A DNA stretch of 30,006 bases from Pseudobdellovibrionaceae bacterium. Its GTDB lineage: Bacteria; Bdellovibrionota; Bdellovibrionia; Bdellovibrionales; UBA1609. Where the stretch lies: assembly GCA_030591685.1 (NCBI GenBank), contig JAUVAX010000002.1:124001-154006 (forward strand), given 5' to 3'. This document shows, one piece after another, positions 1-9,744 of this stretch. Under the pieces are notes generated by a model that was not told where the DNA came from, ran no database searches, and worked only from the letters and a program-made list of their open reading frames with translations. Made by a program: the position numbers and the translations under genes. The first letter of the stretch is position 1, and every line of letters starts with the position of its first letter.

Positions 1-488
1 TCAATGCCATGCACTTAAGAGCATTAAGCGATGATCAACTTTGGGAGCTCATAAAGCCATTACTAAACAACGAGGGCATTAGTTTACCTGAGGACTCTGA
101 TTGGAGAAAACAGGCCTTTGAATTATTTAAGCCCTATATGGAGACTTTAACAGATGCTATCGAGTTGTTTAGGCCGCTTTCTAAGGGAGAGTTTAAAATT
201 TTACCCGACTCTAAAGAGGCCCTTTCGTGGGAAAGTACAAAAAGTGTTTTTCAAAAATGGATTGAAATTTTAAACGCTCACCCTACTGAAGCTTTAAGCG
301 AAGATGATTTTATGTCCGCTCAAAACAAGGTTAAAGTAGATTGTGAAGTGAAGGGTAAAAAGCTTTTCATGCCCATTCGGGTTGCGATTATTGGTAAACC
401 CCACGGGGCTGAGCTTAAATTATTAGTCCCATTAATGAGCAAAGAAACATTAATTCAAAGAGCAAAAGCAGCACTAGAAAGCATTTAA
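1..488 (+). CDS. gltX: Glutamate--tRNA ligase, C-terminal anticodon-binding part (5'-truncated by window)
   Basis: Frame is open upstream of the ATG at 9 (..NAMHLR). C-terminal KGKKLFMPIRVAIIGKPHGAEL is the typical GluRS anticodon-domain motif. Lies directly upstream of cysS, the common gltX-cysS order. Confidence 0.9.
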   Translation, partial: NAMHLRALSDDQLWELIKPLLNNEGISLPEDSDWRKQAFELFKPYMETLTDAIELFRPLSKGEFKILPDSKEALSWESTKSVFQKWIEILNAHPTEALSEDDFMSAQNKVKVDCEVKGKKLFMPIRVAIIGKPHGAELKLLVPLMSKETLIQRAKAALESI

Positions 489-510
489 ATTATTTTTAAG
501 GATCAGACTC

Positions 511-1968
511 ATGGCACTTTATATTTACAATACAATGACTCGAACAAAAGAGCAGTTTAAACCCCTAGTAAAGGGTCAGGTGCGAATGTACGTGTGCGGC
601 CCTACGGTGTACAACTTATTACATGTGGGTAATTTTAGAGGCGCAGTATTTTATAACTTAGTTAGAAACTGGCTTGAAAAGTGTGGCCATGAGGTGAACT
701 ACGTATTTAACTTTACAGATGTAGATGATAAAATAATTAACCGAGCCCAAGAAGAGGGCGTGACCGCTCAAGAGATCTCAGAGAAATATATCACTGAATT
801 TAAAAAAGACTACAAAGCCCTAGGGTTAAGGCCTCATACAAGTAACCCTAAAGTATCAGATAACATGGACGCCATTGTTGATTTTATTAAAGAACTTATC
901 GAAAAAGAAAAGGCTTACGACGTAGATGGAGATGTTTATTATTCTGTCTCATCCTTTGATGATTATGGTAAATTAAGTAATAAAAAAATAGATGAGTTAG
1001 AGTCGGGACACAGAATAGATGCGGACGATAATAAAAAAGCTCCTGAGGATTTTGCTTTATGGAAAAAGTCAAAACCAGGGGAGCCTGAATGGGATTCTCC
1101 GTGGTCAAAAGGTCGCCCAGGTTGGCACATTGAGTGCTCTGCAATGAGTAGAAAGCTATTAGGGGACTGCATAGATATACATGGTGGGGGTTTAGATTTA
1201 GTGTTCCCGCACCACGAAAACGAGATTGCACAAAGTGAAGGATGCTCAGGGCATACCTCAGTGAAGTACTGGGTGCATCATAATATGATTGAATTTGATA
1301 AACAAAAAATGTCTAAATCTCTTGGTAATATAAAAACTTTGAGAGATTTTTTAAAAGAGTACAATGCTGAAATTTATAAATACTTAATGAGCACCTCTCA
1401 TTATAGAAGTATTATAGATTTCTCTCCAGACCAGGTGGACCGGTCCATACAGTCATTAGCTAAATTTTACTCAGCCCTTAAGCTCGCTAAAGATTGTATG
1501 TCTTTAGATCAGGGTTTGGTGCCGGTGCCAGATAAGTTTCACAAAATTATTGATGAGGCTGATGATAAAATCACCCGTGCACTTAATGATGACTTTAATA
1601 CCCCAGAGCTTTTTGCAGCCCTTTTTGACGTTACAAGAGAGTTTAACAAACGAGTTCGCACCCCAGGGGCTGTGAGCCCTGAAAAATCGGCTATCAGTGA
1701 AGTGTATTATGCCTGGATACGATCACATGGTGAGTTGTTAGCACTTTTTCAAAAATCAGCTGGCGAGTTTTTAATGGAGCTAGATGATATGCTATTAGCC
1801 AAAAAAGGGCACAGGCGTATAGAGGTCGACAAGCTAGTGGATGAACGAACTCAGGCTCGACACAATAAGGACTATGCAAAGTCAGACGAAATCAGGGCAC
1901 AGCTTCAAGCCCTAGGCATTGCGGTTCAGGATACAAAAGACGGCAGTGTGTGGGAAGTGGCGAAGTAG
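511..1968 (+). CDS. cysS: Cysteine--tRNA ligase
   Basis: [13 protein letters not shown] (HIGH-like), [29 protein letters not shown] and KMSKSLGN motifs; AAGGA RBS at 498-502. Confidence 0.98.
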   Translation: MALYIYNTMTRTKEQFKPLVKGQVRMYVCGPTVYNLLHVGNFRGAVFYNLVRNWLEKCGHEVNYVFNFTDVDDKIINRAQEEGVTAQEISEKYITEFKKDYKALGLRPHTSNPKVSDNMDAIVDFIKELIEKEKAYDVDGDVYYSVSSFDDYGKLSNKKIDELESGHRIDADDNKKAPEDFALWKKSKPGEPEWDSPWSKGRPGWHIECSAMSRKLLGDCIDIHGGGLDLVFPHHENEIAQSEGCSGHTSVKYWVHHNMIEFDKQKMSKSLGNIKTLRDFLKEYNAEIYKYLMSTSHYRSIIDFSPDQVDRSIQSLAKFYSALKLAKDCMSLDQGLVPVPDKFHKIIDEADDKITRALNDDFNTPELFAALFDVTREFNKRVRTPGAVSPEKSAISEVYYAWIRSHGELLALFQKSAGEFLMELDDMLLAKKGHRRIEVDKLVDERTQARHNKDYAKSDEIRAQLQALGIAVQDTKDGSVWEVAK

Positions 1969-1969
1969 A

Positions 1970-4009
1970 ATGTCTACAGGTTTTTTAAAACTAAGAGAGA
2001 GAAACTTAACAAAACAACCCTTTAAAATTAAAAGTAAGTTCAAGCCCTCTGGCGATCAACCCACGGCGATCAAAGAACTCGTAGAAAACTTTAAAAACAA
2101 TCAAGATCATCAAGTTTTGTTGGGGGTCACAGGCTCTGGTAAAACTTTTACGATGGCCCACGTGATTGAAAACTTACAAAAGCCAACCCTAATTTTAGCA
2201 CATAATAAGACTTTGGCGGCTCAGCTTTTTGCTGAATTTAAAGAACTCTTCCCTAATAATGCTGTAGAGTATTTTGTGAGTTACTATGACTATTATCAGC
2301 CAGAGGCTTTTATACCGTCTACGAATACTTTTATTGAAAAAGACTCTGCTATTAATGAGCAAATAGATCGTATGCGCCATTCAGCCACGAGATCATTACT
2401 TGAAAGAGACGACGTCATTATTATCAGCTCCGTATCTTGTATTTATGGCCTCGGTAGTCCGGATGCTTATGCAAATTTAGTACTAGAGGTTGAGACGAAT
2501 AAAGATGTCAGTAGGGATGCTTTTTTAAGAGAGCTAATAAAAATTCAGTACCGCAGGCAGGATGTTGATTTTGACAGAGGTGCTTTTAGAGTGCGGGGGG
2601 ATGTGGTTGAGATCTTCCCCCCTTATGAGGACTCACGTGCTTTGAGAGTAGAGTTTTTTGGTAATTTTATTGATCGTATGGCTTGGGTGGACCCTTTAAG
2701 GGGGATCACGTTAAGTGAAGTAGATAAGGCCCTTGTATTCCCCAGTTCTCATTATGTTTCTACTGAACAGGAGCAAAAAAGAGCTATAGAGAGCATTCGT
2801 GATGAACTACGAATAAGAATTAATGAACTTAAGGATCAAATACTCCACCAACAGGCTGAGCGTATAGAGCAGCGAACAAGCTATGACTTGGAGCTTATTA
2901 GTGAGATGGGTTTTTGCTCTGGTATTGAAAATTACTCGCGACATTTTACAGGAGGCTCGCCTGGCGATGCACCACCGACTTTACTTGAGTACTTTCCAAA
3001 AGACTTTTTGACCATTATTGACGAAAGCCATGTGACCGTTCCTCAAGTAGGGGGTATGTACCGTGGGGATAGAGCCAGAAAAATGACCCTCGTTGAACAT
3101 GGCTTTAGACTCCCTAGTGCTTTAGATAACAGGCCTTTAAATTTTGAAGAATTTCAGGGTTGTACCAAGCAAATTTTATATGTTTCGGCGACACCAGGTA
3201 ATTATGAGCTTGAAAAATGCGAGGGTCTTGTAACTGAGCAAATTATCCGCCCCACAGGGTTATTAGACCCAAAGTGTGAAGTTCGGCCCGTGACCAATCA
3301 AGTGGATGATTTATTAGAAGAGATCAGAGCGACAGTTAAAAAAGGCGAGCGAGTTTTAGTGACCACTTTGACAAAAAGAATGTCCGAGGACCTTACGGAG
3401 TACTATGAGGGCTTAGGGGTCAAGGTTAAGTACTTACACAGTGATATAGTTACTGTTGAGCGAACCGAAATACTAAGGGATTTGCGCTTGGGTATTTTTG
3501 ATGTGCTTATTGGTATTAACCTACTAAGAGAGGGGTTAGATTTACCCGAGGTGAGTTTAGTCGCTATCACCGATGCTGATAGAGAGGGTTTTTTACGCTC
3601 AGAGCGTTCATTGATACAAACTATTGGTAGAGCCGCCAGAAACTCTGAGGGCCGAGTGATTTTGTATGGAGATAAGATAACAAAATCTATGGAGAAAGCA
3701 CTTTTTGAAACCAATCGGCGACGAAAATTACAAGATGAGCATAATAAAAAACACGGTATTACCCCAAAGACTATTATAAAGCCTATTTCAAAAGGGTTAT
3801 TAGAAATTTATGGATACGACAAAGAGGGCTCAGGTGATGAGGGCCTCATCGATAGCATTAAAGAGGGCCATGGTAAAATTAGTGATCAAATCGTAAAGCT
3901 TAAAAAGAAGATGAAACATCTCTCTGGGAAGCTCGAATTTGAAGAGGCCGCAAAAATAAGAGACGAGATCAAACGCCTAGAAATTTTAGACTTACAAACT
4001 CATAATTAA
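1970..4009 (+). CDS. uvrB: Excinuclease ABC subunit B
   Basis: [14 protein letters not shown] Walker [41 protein letters not shown] and C-terminal UVR motif [11 protein letters not shown]. Start set to ATG 1970, just after the cysS stop. Confidence 0.98.
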   Translation: MSTGFLKLRERNLTKQPFKIKSKFKPSGDQPTAIKELVENFKNNQDHQVLLGVTGSGKTFTMAHVIENLQKPTLILAHNKTLAAQLFAEFKELFPNNAVEYFVSYYDYYQPEAFIPSTNTFIEKDSAINEQIDRMRHSATRSLLERDDVIIISSVSCIYGLGSPDAYANLVLEVETNKDVSRDAFLRELIKIQYRRQDVDFDRGAFRVRGDVVEIFPPYEDSRALRVEFFGNFIDRMAWVDPLRGITLSEVDKALVFPSSHYVSTEQEQKRAIESIRDELRIRINELKDQILHQQAERIEQRTSYDLELISEMGFCSGIENYSRHFTGGSPGDAPPTLLEYFPKDFLTIIDESHVTVPQVGGMYRGDRARKMTLVEHGFRLPSALDNRPLNFEEFQGCTKQILYVSATPGNYELEKCEGLVTEQIIRPTGLLDPKCEVRPVTNQVDDLLEEIRATVKKGERVLVTTLTKRMSEDLTEYYEGLGVKVKYLHSDIVTVERTEILRDLRLGIFDVLIGINLLREGLDLPEVSLVAITDADREGFLRSERSLIQTIGRAARNSEGRVILYGDKITKSMEKALFETNRRRKLQDEHNKKHGITPKTIIKPISKGLLEIYGYDKEGSGDEGLIDSIKEGHGKISDQIVKLKKKMKHLSGKLEFEEAAKIRDEIKRLEILDLQTHN

Positions 4010-4132
4010 AAATTTATTTGTTATATTAAGCTGTACTTAAAAATGCCCATGGACTGGTTATTATTTAAATAATTCTATGAAAGTACTTTTGTACGCTTAA
4101 GCTTAACCATTAAATCAGTTTAAATTTATTTA

Positions 4133-4831
4133 TTAAGGGAATAACGGTGGGATAATTACTGTGGGCTTATTTTTTTTAGCTTCAGCGATCGTCCCCTTTT
4201 TTAATTTAGAGCTATTGGTGTTTTTGATATTTGAAAATAAAATGGGTACAGAGTTGTTCTTGTCTTTGTTTGTCCATACGATTAAATGAAGGTGGGCCCC
4301 TGTACTGCAGCCGGTATTACCACTTAGGCCGATATTTTGACCTTGTGAAATTATGTCACTTTTTTTTACAAGCGCTCCATCTTTAGTAAGGTGTACGTAA
4401 GCCCCTATGGTGCCATCGCTGTGTTCAATGTATATGTAGTTCTCACCATTTTCACAGCCGTTGTGGTCTTTATGGTTTTCGACAACTGATGTTACGACAC
4501 CCTCTCTGATGGCTAAAACAGGGGTGCCAATGGCCATCTTAAAGTCATAGGCGTACCTTTGTTTGCCTGTGTGTGAGTCTGAAGAGCAGTTCTCTTGGGT
4601 GACCTTAAAGCTTGAACCTTCATTAAAGGGCAGTATGTATTTGGAGTTGAGAGAGCCGTTAATATGGGCTGAGAGCATGTCGGCTTCGACAGAGAGACCA
4701 TTAATGCCAATTGGTTTCTCTGAAGACTCTCCATCGTAACCAGTGCACAGTTGGCCCAGGTCCTGTTTAGGGCCACAGCCTACTAGAGCTGGTAAAACAA
4801 AAATAAATACTAATAGTGCCAAATAGTTCAT
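4133..4831 (-). CDS. M23 family (LytM-type) metallopeptidase lipoprotein
   Basis: From ATG 4831: hydrophobic signal plus lipobox LVGC; SHTGKQRYAYDF, GTPVLAIREGVV, YVHL, GNTGCSTGAHLH (HxH) M23 motifs. Confidence 0.88.
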   Translation of the reverse strand: MNYLALLVFIFVLPALVGCGPKQDLGQLCTGYDGESSEKPIGINGLSVEADMLSAHINGSLNSKYILPFNEGSSFKVTQENCSSDSHTGKQRYAYDFKMAIGTPVLAIREGVVTSVVENHKDHNGCENGENYIYIEHSDGTIGAYVHLTKDGALVKKSDIISQGQNIGLSGNTGCSTGAHLHLIVWTNKDKNNSVPILFSNIKNTNSSKLKKGTIAEAKKNKPTVIIPPLFP

Positions 4832-4877
4832 AAACTTTACCTTTATAAGGGCCCTCGGCCCTAAGAGTATAGTAAAG

Positions 4878-4893
4878 AGCAATTCTTATGCCT
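4878..4893 (-). promoter_or_regulatory. Sigma-54 (-24/-12) promoter of the M23 peptidase gene
   Basis: Minus strand reads AGGCATAAGAATTGCT: exact GG-N10-GC spacing, GGCA and TTGCT, about 47 nt upstream of ATG 4831. Confidence 0.6.
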
Positions 4894-4984
4894 AAAGGGG
4901 TTTTTGCCGCAAGCCCTTACAAGAGCAAAGGAGCGGGGCTTGACTCTAGAATTATGTACTTATTTCAAGTGCGTGCCCCTGTTG

Positions 4985-5060
4985 GGTGTCTGGCGCCGGA
5001 CAGTGTTCAGCCTGGTGCCTGGCACCGGGCAGTGTTCAGGCTGGTGCTAGGCACCAGACA
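4985..5060. repeat. REP-like tandem array, three 29-bp units with a palindromic GGTGCC-T-GGCACC-type core
   Basis: Cores ggtgtctggcgcc (4985), ggtgcctggcacc (5014), ggtgctaggcacc (5043) at an exact 29-bp period; linkers ggacagtgttcagcct / gggcagtgttcaggct; GC-rich against an AT-rich background. Confidence 0.85.
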
Positions 5061-5076
5061 ATGATAGTTTTAAGGT

Positions 5077-5562
5077 ATGAAGCTTAAAGAGAGTTTAATC
5101 AAAGCCATAATAGAGAGTTTAAATAAGGACTTACAGGCACTCGTTCACTCAGCGCTTGAGGCCAAAGAGGCCGCCACAAACCCTGAGTCAAAGGCTGAAA
5201 ACAAGTACGACACTAGGGGGTTAGAATCCTCTTATTTAGCCGCCTCACAGGCCAAAAGAGCCTCTGAGCTTAAGGAGGTGATCAGTCACTACTCCTTATT
5301 AAAGCTCAGTGAATTTAGTAAAGACACTCCCATACAAGTAACCGCTTTAGTTCAGTGCCTTGTCGATGACAAAGAGAGCGTTTGGTATTTTTTAATCCCT
5401 CAAAAAGGGGGCATTAAAATTACTCTTGATGCTAGAGAGTACACTACGATTTCTGTTCAATCCCCTATAGGCCAAAAACTAATGCAAAAAATGGTCGGCG
5501 ATACCTTTGAGGTCCCCTTAAAAGACCGCATTAAAGAATACGAAATTAAACAGGTTATTTAA
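5077..5562 (+). CDS. GreA/GreB family transcription elongation factor-like protein
   Basis: N-terminal coiled coil with ATNPESKAENKYDTRGLESSYLA; C-terminal ISVQSPIGQKLMQKMVGDTF matches the GreA/B C-terminal domain. Confidence 0.8.
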   Translation: MKLKESLIKAIIESLNKDLQALVHSALEAKEAATNPESKAENKYDTRGLESSYLAASQAKRASELKEVISHYSLLKLSEFSKDTPIQVTALVQCLVDDKESVWYFLIPQKGGIKITLDAREYTTISVQSPIGQKLMQKMVGDTFEVPLKDRIKEYEIKQVI

Positions 5563-5563
5563 G

Positions 5564-5586
5564 CTCAAGTGCCGGACACTTGAGTT
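5564..5586. repeat. Solo REP-like palindrome just after the greA-like stop
   Basis: ctcaagtg-ccgga-cacttgag is a perfect 8-bp inverted repeat; its core agtgccggacact is related to the 4985-5055 units. Confidence 0.7.
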
Positions 5587-5772
5587 GTAAAGCTTCGCAT
5601 ATTCAACCTCTCCTTGGTAGCTTTAGAGGGGAGTTTTAAGTTAAGCATTAATTCTTGCACCGCTTGGAATAATCAGATGATTTGTTCGGATAAAGTGGTT
5701 CATCACATGGTAAAAATTAAAGCCACTAAATCTCATTATGAATACCTGTAAAAATGACATAAAATTTAGCAC

Positions 5773-5802
5773 ACCGAACAGTACCGAACACTTTGTTCGG
5801 TA
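5773..5802. promoter_or_regulatory. Candidate operator upstream of the TIGR02147-type gene
   Basis: Perfect palindrome TACCGAACA-ctt-TGTTCGGTA (5782-5802), extra direct half-site ACCGAACA (5773-5780) and a distal tttgttcgg (5681-5689). Confidence 0.6.
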
Positions 5803-5841
5803 TTTCATTGCACTTTGCACTGAAGCTGTTATTTAAATTTC

Positions 5842-6645
5842 ATGATTATAGGGGCTAAATGTTATTCCGATATTTTAAAAGATGAGTTTGAAGACCGTGT
5901 TTCGGCAAATACTTCATACTCCATGAGAGCGTTTGCTCGGGACGTCTCATTTTCGCCATCAACGATGAGTGCTGTATTAAATAAAAAACAGGGCCTCTCT
6001 GTGCCTGCGGCCAAAAAATTAGCTGAGAGTTTACAGTTCAGCGACGAAGAAACTAAATACATTATAGATTTAGTATTATCTAAGCACAGCAAGTGCAAAA
6101 CTAAGCGCTCATTAGCAAAAATACGATTAAATCAATACCAATCATCCGAAAGGGTTCAACTACAAAACGATGCTCTTCAGGCCACTACGCATTGGTATTT
6201 TTTTGCAATATTAGAGCTGACATACCTTGATGGATTTAAAAGTAGCGTACCCTGGATAGCAAAATCACTAGGTATAACAAAAAAGCAGGCCTCAAATGCT
6301 ATAGATGTTCTATTTAGACTAGGCCTACTTACTAAGCATGATGGTCATTGGGTTGATGCGAATTTATACTTAGCGACTTCAGACGGGAGCCCATCAAAGG
6401 CTTTAAAAACATTAAACGCACAGACCCTTAATCTGGCCTTGGCGGCTCTTGAGAGTCAAGATATTGAAGATAGGCATATTTCCTCACTCATGCTGTCCTT
6501 TGATACATCAAGAACCTCTGAAGCGTTTGAAGACATTAAAAAGTTCAAAAATAAGTTTAATAAAAAATATACTGAGGGAGAACGTAAAAACTCAGTTTAT
6601 TGCTTAGGGGTTCAACTATTTCAATTAGACAGGAGAGTAAAATGA
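5842..6645 (+). CDS. TIGR02147 family protein (N-terminal HTH plus DUF4423-like C-terminus)
   Basis: YSMRAFARDVSFSPSTMSAVLNKKQGLS HTH; WYFFAILEL, WIAKSLGIT, LFRLGLL and terminal VYCLGVQLFQL signatures; 267 aa. Confidence 0.85.
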   Translation: MIIGAKCYSDILKDEFEDRVSANTSYSMRAFARDVSFSPSTMSAVLNKKQGLSVPAAKKLAESLQFSDEETKYIIDLVLSKHSKCKTKRSLAKIRLNQYQSSERVQLQNDALQATTHWYFFAILELTYLDGFKSSVPWIAKSLGITKKQASNAIDVLFRLGLLTKHDGHWVDANLYLATSDGSPSKALKTLNAQTLNLALAALESQDIEDRHISSLMLSFDTSRTSEAFEDIKKFKNKFNKKYTEGERKNSVYCLGVQLFQLDRRVK

Positions 6646-8399
6646 AATGTGTTAAGTACATGGTATTGTTAATGGTGATTTCAATTCAATCATTAGCGGG
6701 CAAGGATATTGGTAATGGTGGGTCTGTGGTCGACAACAAGCCTGCTGATTTTTATTACTCTCGAAAGATCGCCATCCCTCCGACTGGAGAAAAAATAGAC
6801 CTTCGCAAACACTACCCTAAAATGTATGAGCATTTACTTCAAATTGAAGCCTTTCTTAATAAACGGCGACCAATGTATACTGAGGCTAAAATATCCTTAA
6901 TAGCTAAATACAGTAAAGTATACTTAACTGACAAGCTAAGTGGAGACGACCCACTGCCAGTCATTGGCGACTTAGAGGCCAAAACTATTACCTACTCCTA
7001 TCTTTATGAGTCTTACGATGACACCTACACAGAAAAAGAAAGATTTAATGTCATTGAAATACTAAAAGAGGACTTTGAACAGCTTTCGCCTAAACATCAG
7101 GCGTTAATGATCCTGCATGAGAATTTACATATAAAATTCCCTCAGGAAACTCATGAAATTATATCTAAATTTGTAAGCTCGATCTCAATAACCATGGACT
7201 TATTAAATCGGCAATTAGACGGAGATTTGAAGTCATTAAATAGCCTTGAACTGAGCTCATCATTAACGTTGCAAAATATATTGCACGTTTTGTACAATAT
7301 TGAAAATAATCTGAGTTTTACTATTAGCACTCTAGGTGGGGGGGCTATATATAAACAAGAGAACGTAGCGCCAGAAAGCTTTGACTCTATATTTGTAAGC
7401 GCTGATTCGGTATTAATGACTGGTATTAAATTTACATACTCAGGCAAGGGTGTTTATTATGATAACGAAGTTTTAGACTTATCCTTTTACACCCTGCCGG
7501 ATCCAATAAATATACCTGGCGGTCATAAACGAAATAAAGAGCTATTTATCCCCGTTGAACTTATAAGACAACAACTTGAGGGAACTCAAGTTTACAACAC
7601 CCGAGTTAAATTACATTTACAGATACTTGCAACGCTTGTTAATGATTCAGACTATGAAGGTGCCGAAAGGCCTTTAGTGGTTACGCATATTGCACACTGT
7701 AAATCAAATATCATTTCAAATGCCGTAAGAGTAAGATGGATGTGTGCTGGTAACAATAACCAGTTTTCTCACCCCAAGGGTGTGTTGTATCACTGGTATA
7801 ATACATATTTAAGCACGTCAGTGATCAGGGGAGATGATAATATAGTAGAGAGGTCTAAGTTTGAGTCTGTTCTTATAAACGGGTACAACAATAAATTTGT
7901 GGACTCAGATATTAGTGACTCGATTTTTAAAACTTCTAATTTTCTATCTGATTCAAGCCAAATAGATAGTTTACAATTAAACAATGCTCAAAGTAGTTTT
8001 TCAGTAGTTCGTTCTGTTATTTGGGGTTCGGCAATGGATAGAGTGTCTCTAAAAGGTGTTACTCTTAAAAACTCACAGCTTTACGGAGTTATATTCGCTG
8101 AGTTGCCAAATAACCTTAAAAATGTATCAGGGCTAAACCTGCATAGTTTTTATGACAAAAAGACTCGCCTATATTTTAAAAGCTTAATGGCGACGGAATT
8201 AGTGTTTAATTCTAACTATAAGTACGACCGCTTGTTCAAGTCGATCACTGTTTGCTTTATTATTTGTAACGGAAAATCTGGGCCGCGAGATATTAATATT
8301 TTATCGGTTACTCAGTTTGAAAGCGAGTACGCCAGAAAATATTTGCTTTCTGAAAAATGCCCTCCAGAAAATGCTAATGAATGGTGCGAAGTTAATTGA
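6642..8399 (+). CDS. Secreted protein with GNGG N-terminal motif, HExxH zincin-like motif and C-terminal beta-helix-like repeats
   Basis: ATG 6642 overlaps the upstream TGA (ATGA); AGGAG RBS at 6631; signal peptide MKCVKYMVLLMVISIQSLA then GKDIGNGG; LILHENLH-type motif (MILHENLH) at 7116-7130; S/N/I/D-rich short repeats near the C-terminus. Confidence 0.7.
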   Translation: MKCVKYMVLLMVISIQSLAGKDIGNGGSVVDNKPADFYYSRKIAIPPTGEKIDLRKHYPKMYEHLLQIEAFLNKRRPMYTEAKISLIAKYSKVYLTDKLSGDDPLPVIGDLEAKTITYSYLYESYDDTYTEKERFNVIEILKEDFEQLSPKHQALMILHENLHIKFPQETHEIISKFVSSISITMDLLNRQLDGDLKSLNSLELSSSLTLQNILHVLYNIENNLSFTISTLGGGAIYKQENVAPESFDSIFVSADSVLMTGIKFTYSGKGVYYDNEVLDLSFYTLPDPINIPGGHKRNKELFIPVELIRQQLEGTQVYNTRVKLHLQILATLVNDSDYEGAERPLVVTHIAHCKSNIISNAVRVRWMCAGNNNQFSHPKGVLYHWYNTYLSTSVIRGDDNIVERSKFESVLINGYNNKFVDSDISDSIFKTSNFLSDSSQIDSLQLNNAQSSFSVVRSVIWGSAMDRVSLKGVTLKNSQLYGVIFAELPNNLKNVSGLNLHSFYDKKTRLYFKSLMATELVFNSNYKYDRLFKSITVCFIICNGKSGPRDINILSVTQFESEYARKYLLSEKCPPENANEWCEVN

Positions 8400-8417
8400 G
8401 TGCCTGGCACTTGAGTT
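8399..8417. repeat. Solo REP-like palindrome between two convergent genes
   Basis: agtgcc-t-ggcact-tgagtt fills the whole gap between the stops at 8399 and 8417; 17/19 identical to 5568-5586. Confidence 0.75.
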
Positions 8418-9448
8418 TAATCTAATTGTACAACAAAGTGTTTTTTGAGTGTGCCACCGACAAGGACTGAAACTTTGTGCTCGCCTTTTTGATATTTAAT
8501 TTTCACTTTTGATTTATCTGAGACGATCAATTGGCCTGTCGGTAATGTGATAGACCAGTCGTAAATTAAATCAGCAGGGTCGTCTTCTAGTGGTAGATCA
8601 ACTAATGAAAAATATATTTTTTTATTTTTTTGTTCAATAACTAATTTTATTTTTTCTGAGTAAGAGCGATAGCTTGCGGTGCTAATGAGAGTGGGTGAGG
8701 GCATGGGGCCAAAAAACTCCTCTTCTACAGCTAGTTGTCGCCAATCGCAGTGAACGTGTGTTTTATACTGTAGGGCAAAGCCTGAGTTATTGTTTTCACA
8801 CTCCTTTCTAATCTCATTAAGCTCAGCGTTTTTAACATAAAAATCTACGGCATCCCCGTAAGTATGCCTCGACCATTTGGCTGAGCCTGTAATACTACTA
8901 TTGTACCCCGGGCTTCGGTAGGCACTGGTGATAATAAGGGGGCTTGAAAAGTGATTTCTCATCGACTGTAAGTACTCAACCACTTTTGGGGAGTAGATAG
9001 CGTACCGACCTTTTTGTGGACTCATAAACTCAGCGAGTAAAAAGTGACTAGATAAGGCCAAGCTTGAATCGACCAAATTGAGGTCTATATAATATAAAGG
9101 GCTTCGGTACTGTGCTTTTAAAAAGTTTGCCGGAAAGCCATTGCTTGCGACTGGCTCGGGGTACTCATAATTACCCTCAGGGTCATTAACTTCATTCAGT
9201 TCAAAACATAAATTAAAATCATGGTTCACCCCTGGGTAGCAAACAACTGGTTTTACTGGGGTGGGGGGAGGTGATGGGTCTTCAGAAGGAGGGTCACTCT
9301 CAATAGGCCCTTCAACAGGCTCCTCAACAGGAGGGGCTTCAGGCAAGGTTGAGTTTTGCCCCTCATTACTCGGTTGAGTTGTATGTTCAGGTTCATTGCA
9401 TGAGAGAAGTAATAGAAAAAAAAGTAAAGGGAGTACTTTTAAAGGCAT
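8417..9448 (-). CDS. Peptidase M15A family (D-Ala-D-Ala metallopeptidase-like) lipoprotein
   Basis: Lipobox LLSC and Pro/Glu-rich linker; ITSAYRSPGYN, SRHTYGDAVD (SxHxxGxAxD) and HVHCDWR motifs. Confidence 0.85.
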   Translation of the reverse strand: MPLKVLPLLFFLLLLSCNEPEHTTQPSNEGQNSTLPEAPPVEEPVEGPIESDPPSEDPSPPPTPVKPVVCYPGVNHDFNLCFELNEVNDPEGNYEYPEPVASNGFPANFLKAQYRSPLYYIDLNLVDSSLALSSHFLLAEFMSPQKGRYAIYSPKVVEYLQSMRNHFSSPLIITSAYRSPGYNSSITGSAKWSRHTYGDAVDFYVKNAELNEIRKECENNNSGFALQYKTHVHCDWRQLAVEEEFFGPMPSPTLISTASYRSYSEKIKLVIEQKNKKIYFSLVDLPLEDDPADLIYDWSITLPTGQLIVSDKSKVKIKYQKGEHKVSVLVGGTLKKHFVVQLD

Positions 9449-9658
9449 GCTTATATTATAGGCTTTAGAAGTTTAAAATCACATAAAACAGGCAGTAGCA
9501 GTGTATTTTAGGACTTACGAATAGTGTCAACAAACAGTAAAGCTGCACCTTTGGTACATACGTTTAGGCACATTTGAGGGCTCAAGTTTTCTGTTGGCCT
9601 GCGAGGTTCAATTATTTTTAGTGGTACTGGGGATGTTGTAAGTGGTGTCAAAAAAGTT

Positions 9659-9674
9659 TGGCATCCTAATTGCT
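9659..9674 (+). promoter_or_regulatory. Sigma-54 promoter of the Cys-rich repeat gene
   Basis: TGGCATCCTAATTGCT with GG-N10-GC, about 70 nt upstream of ATG 9745. Confidence 0.7.
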
Positions 9675-9744
9675 AATTGAGCAGGTGTAACATTTTTGGT
9701 GCAATTTTGCTTCAAAAAAAAACGGGGAACTTAGGGGGATATAA

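Noticed and set aside
4985..5060. 29-bp palindromic array as a mini-CRISPR
   Set aside because: Linkers are near-identical and only 16 bp, the cores are degenerate, and there are no cas genes.
5785..5799. CGAAC-N5-GTTCG as a Gram-positive-type LexA (Cheo) box
   Set aside because: The canonical spacer is N4, and the motif is not seen upstream of uvrB or uvrC.
9582..9608. TCAAGTTT as a sigma-28 -35 element before the Cys-repeat gene
   Set aside because: The sequence at the -10 position (GCGAGGTT) does not match; the sigma-54 site explains the promoter better.
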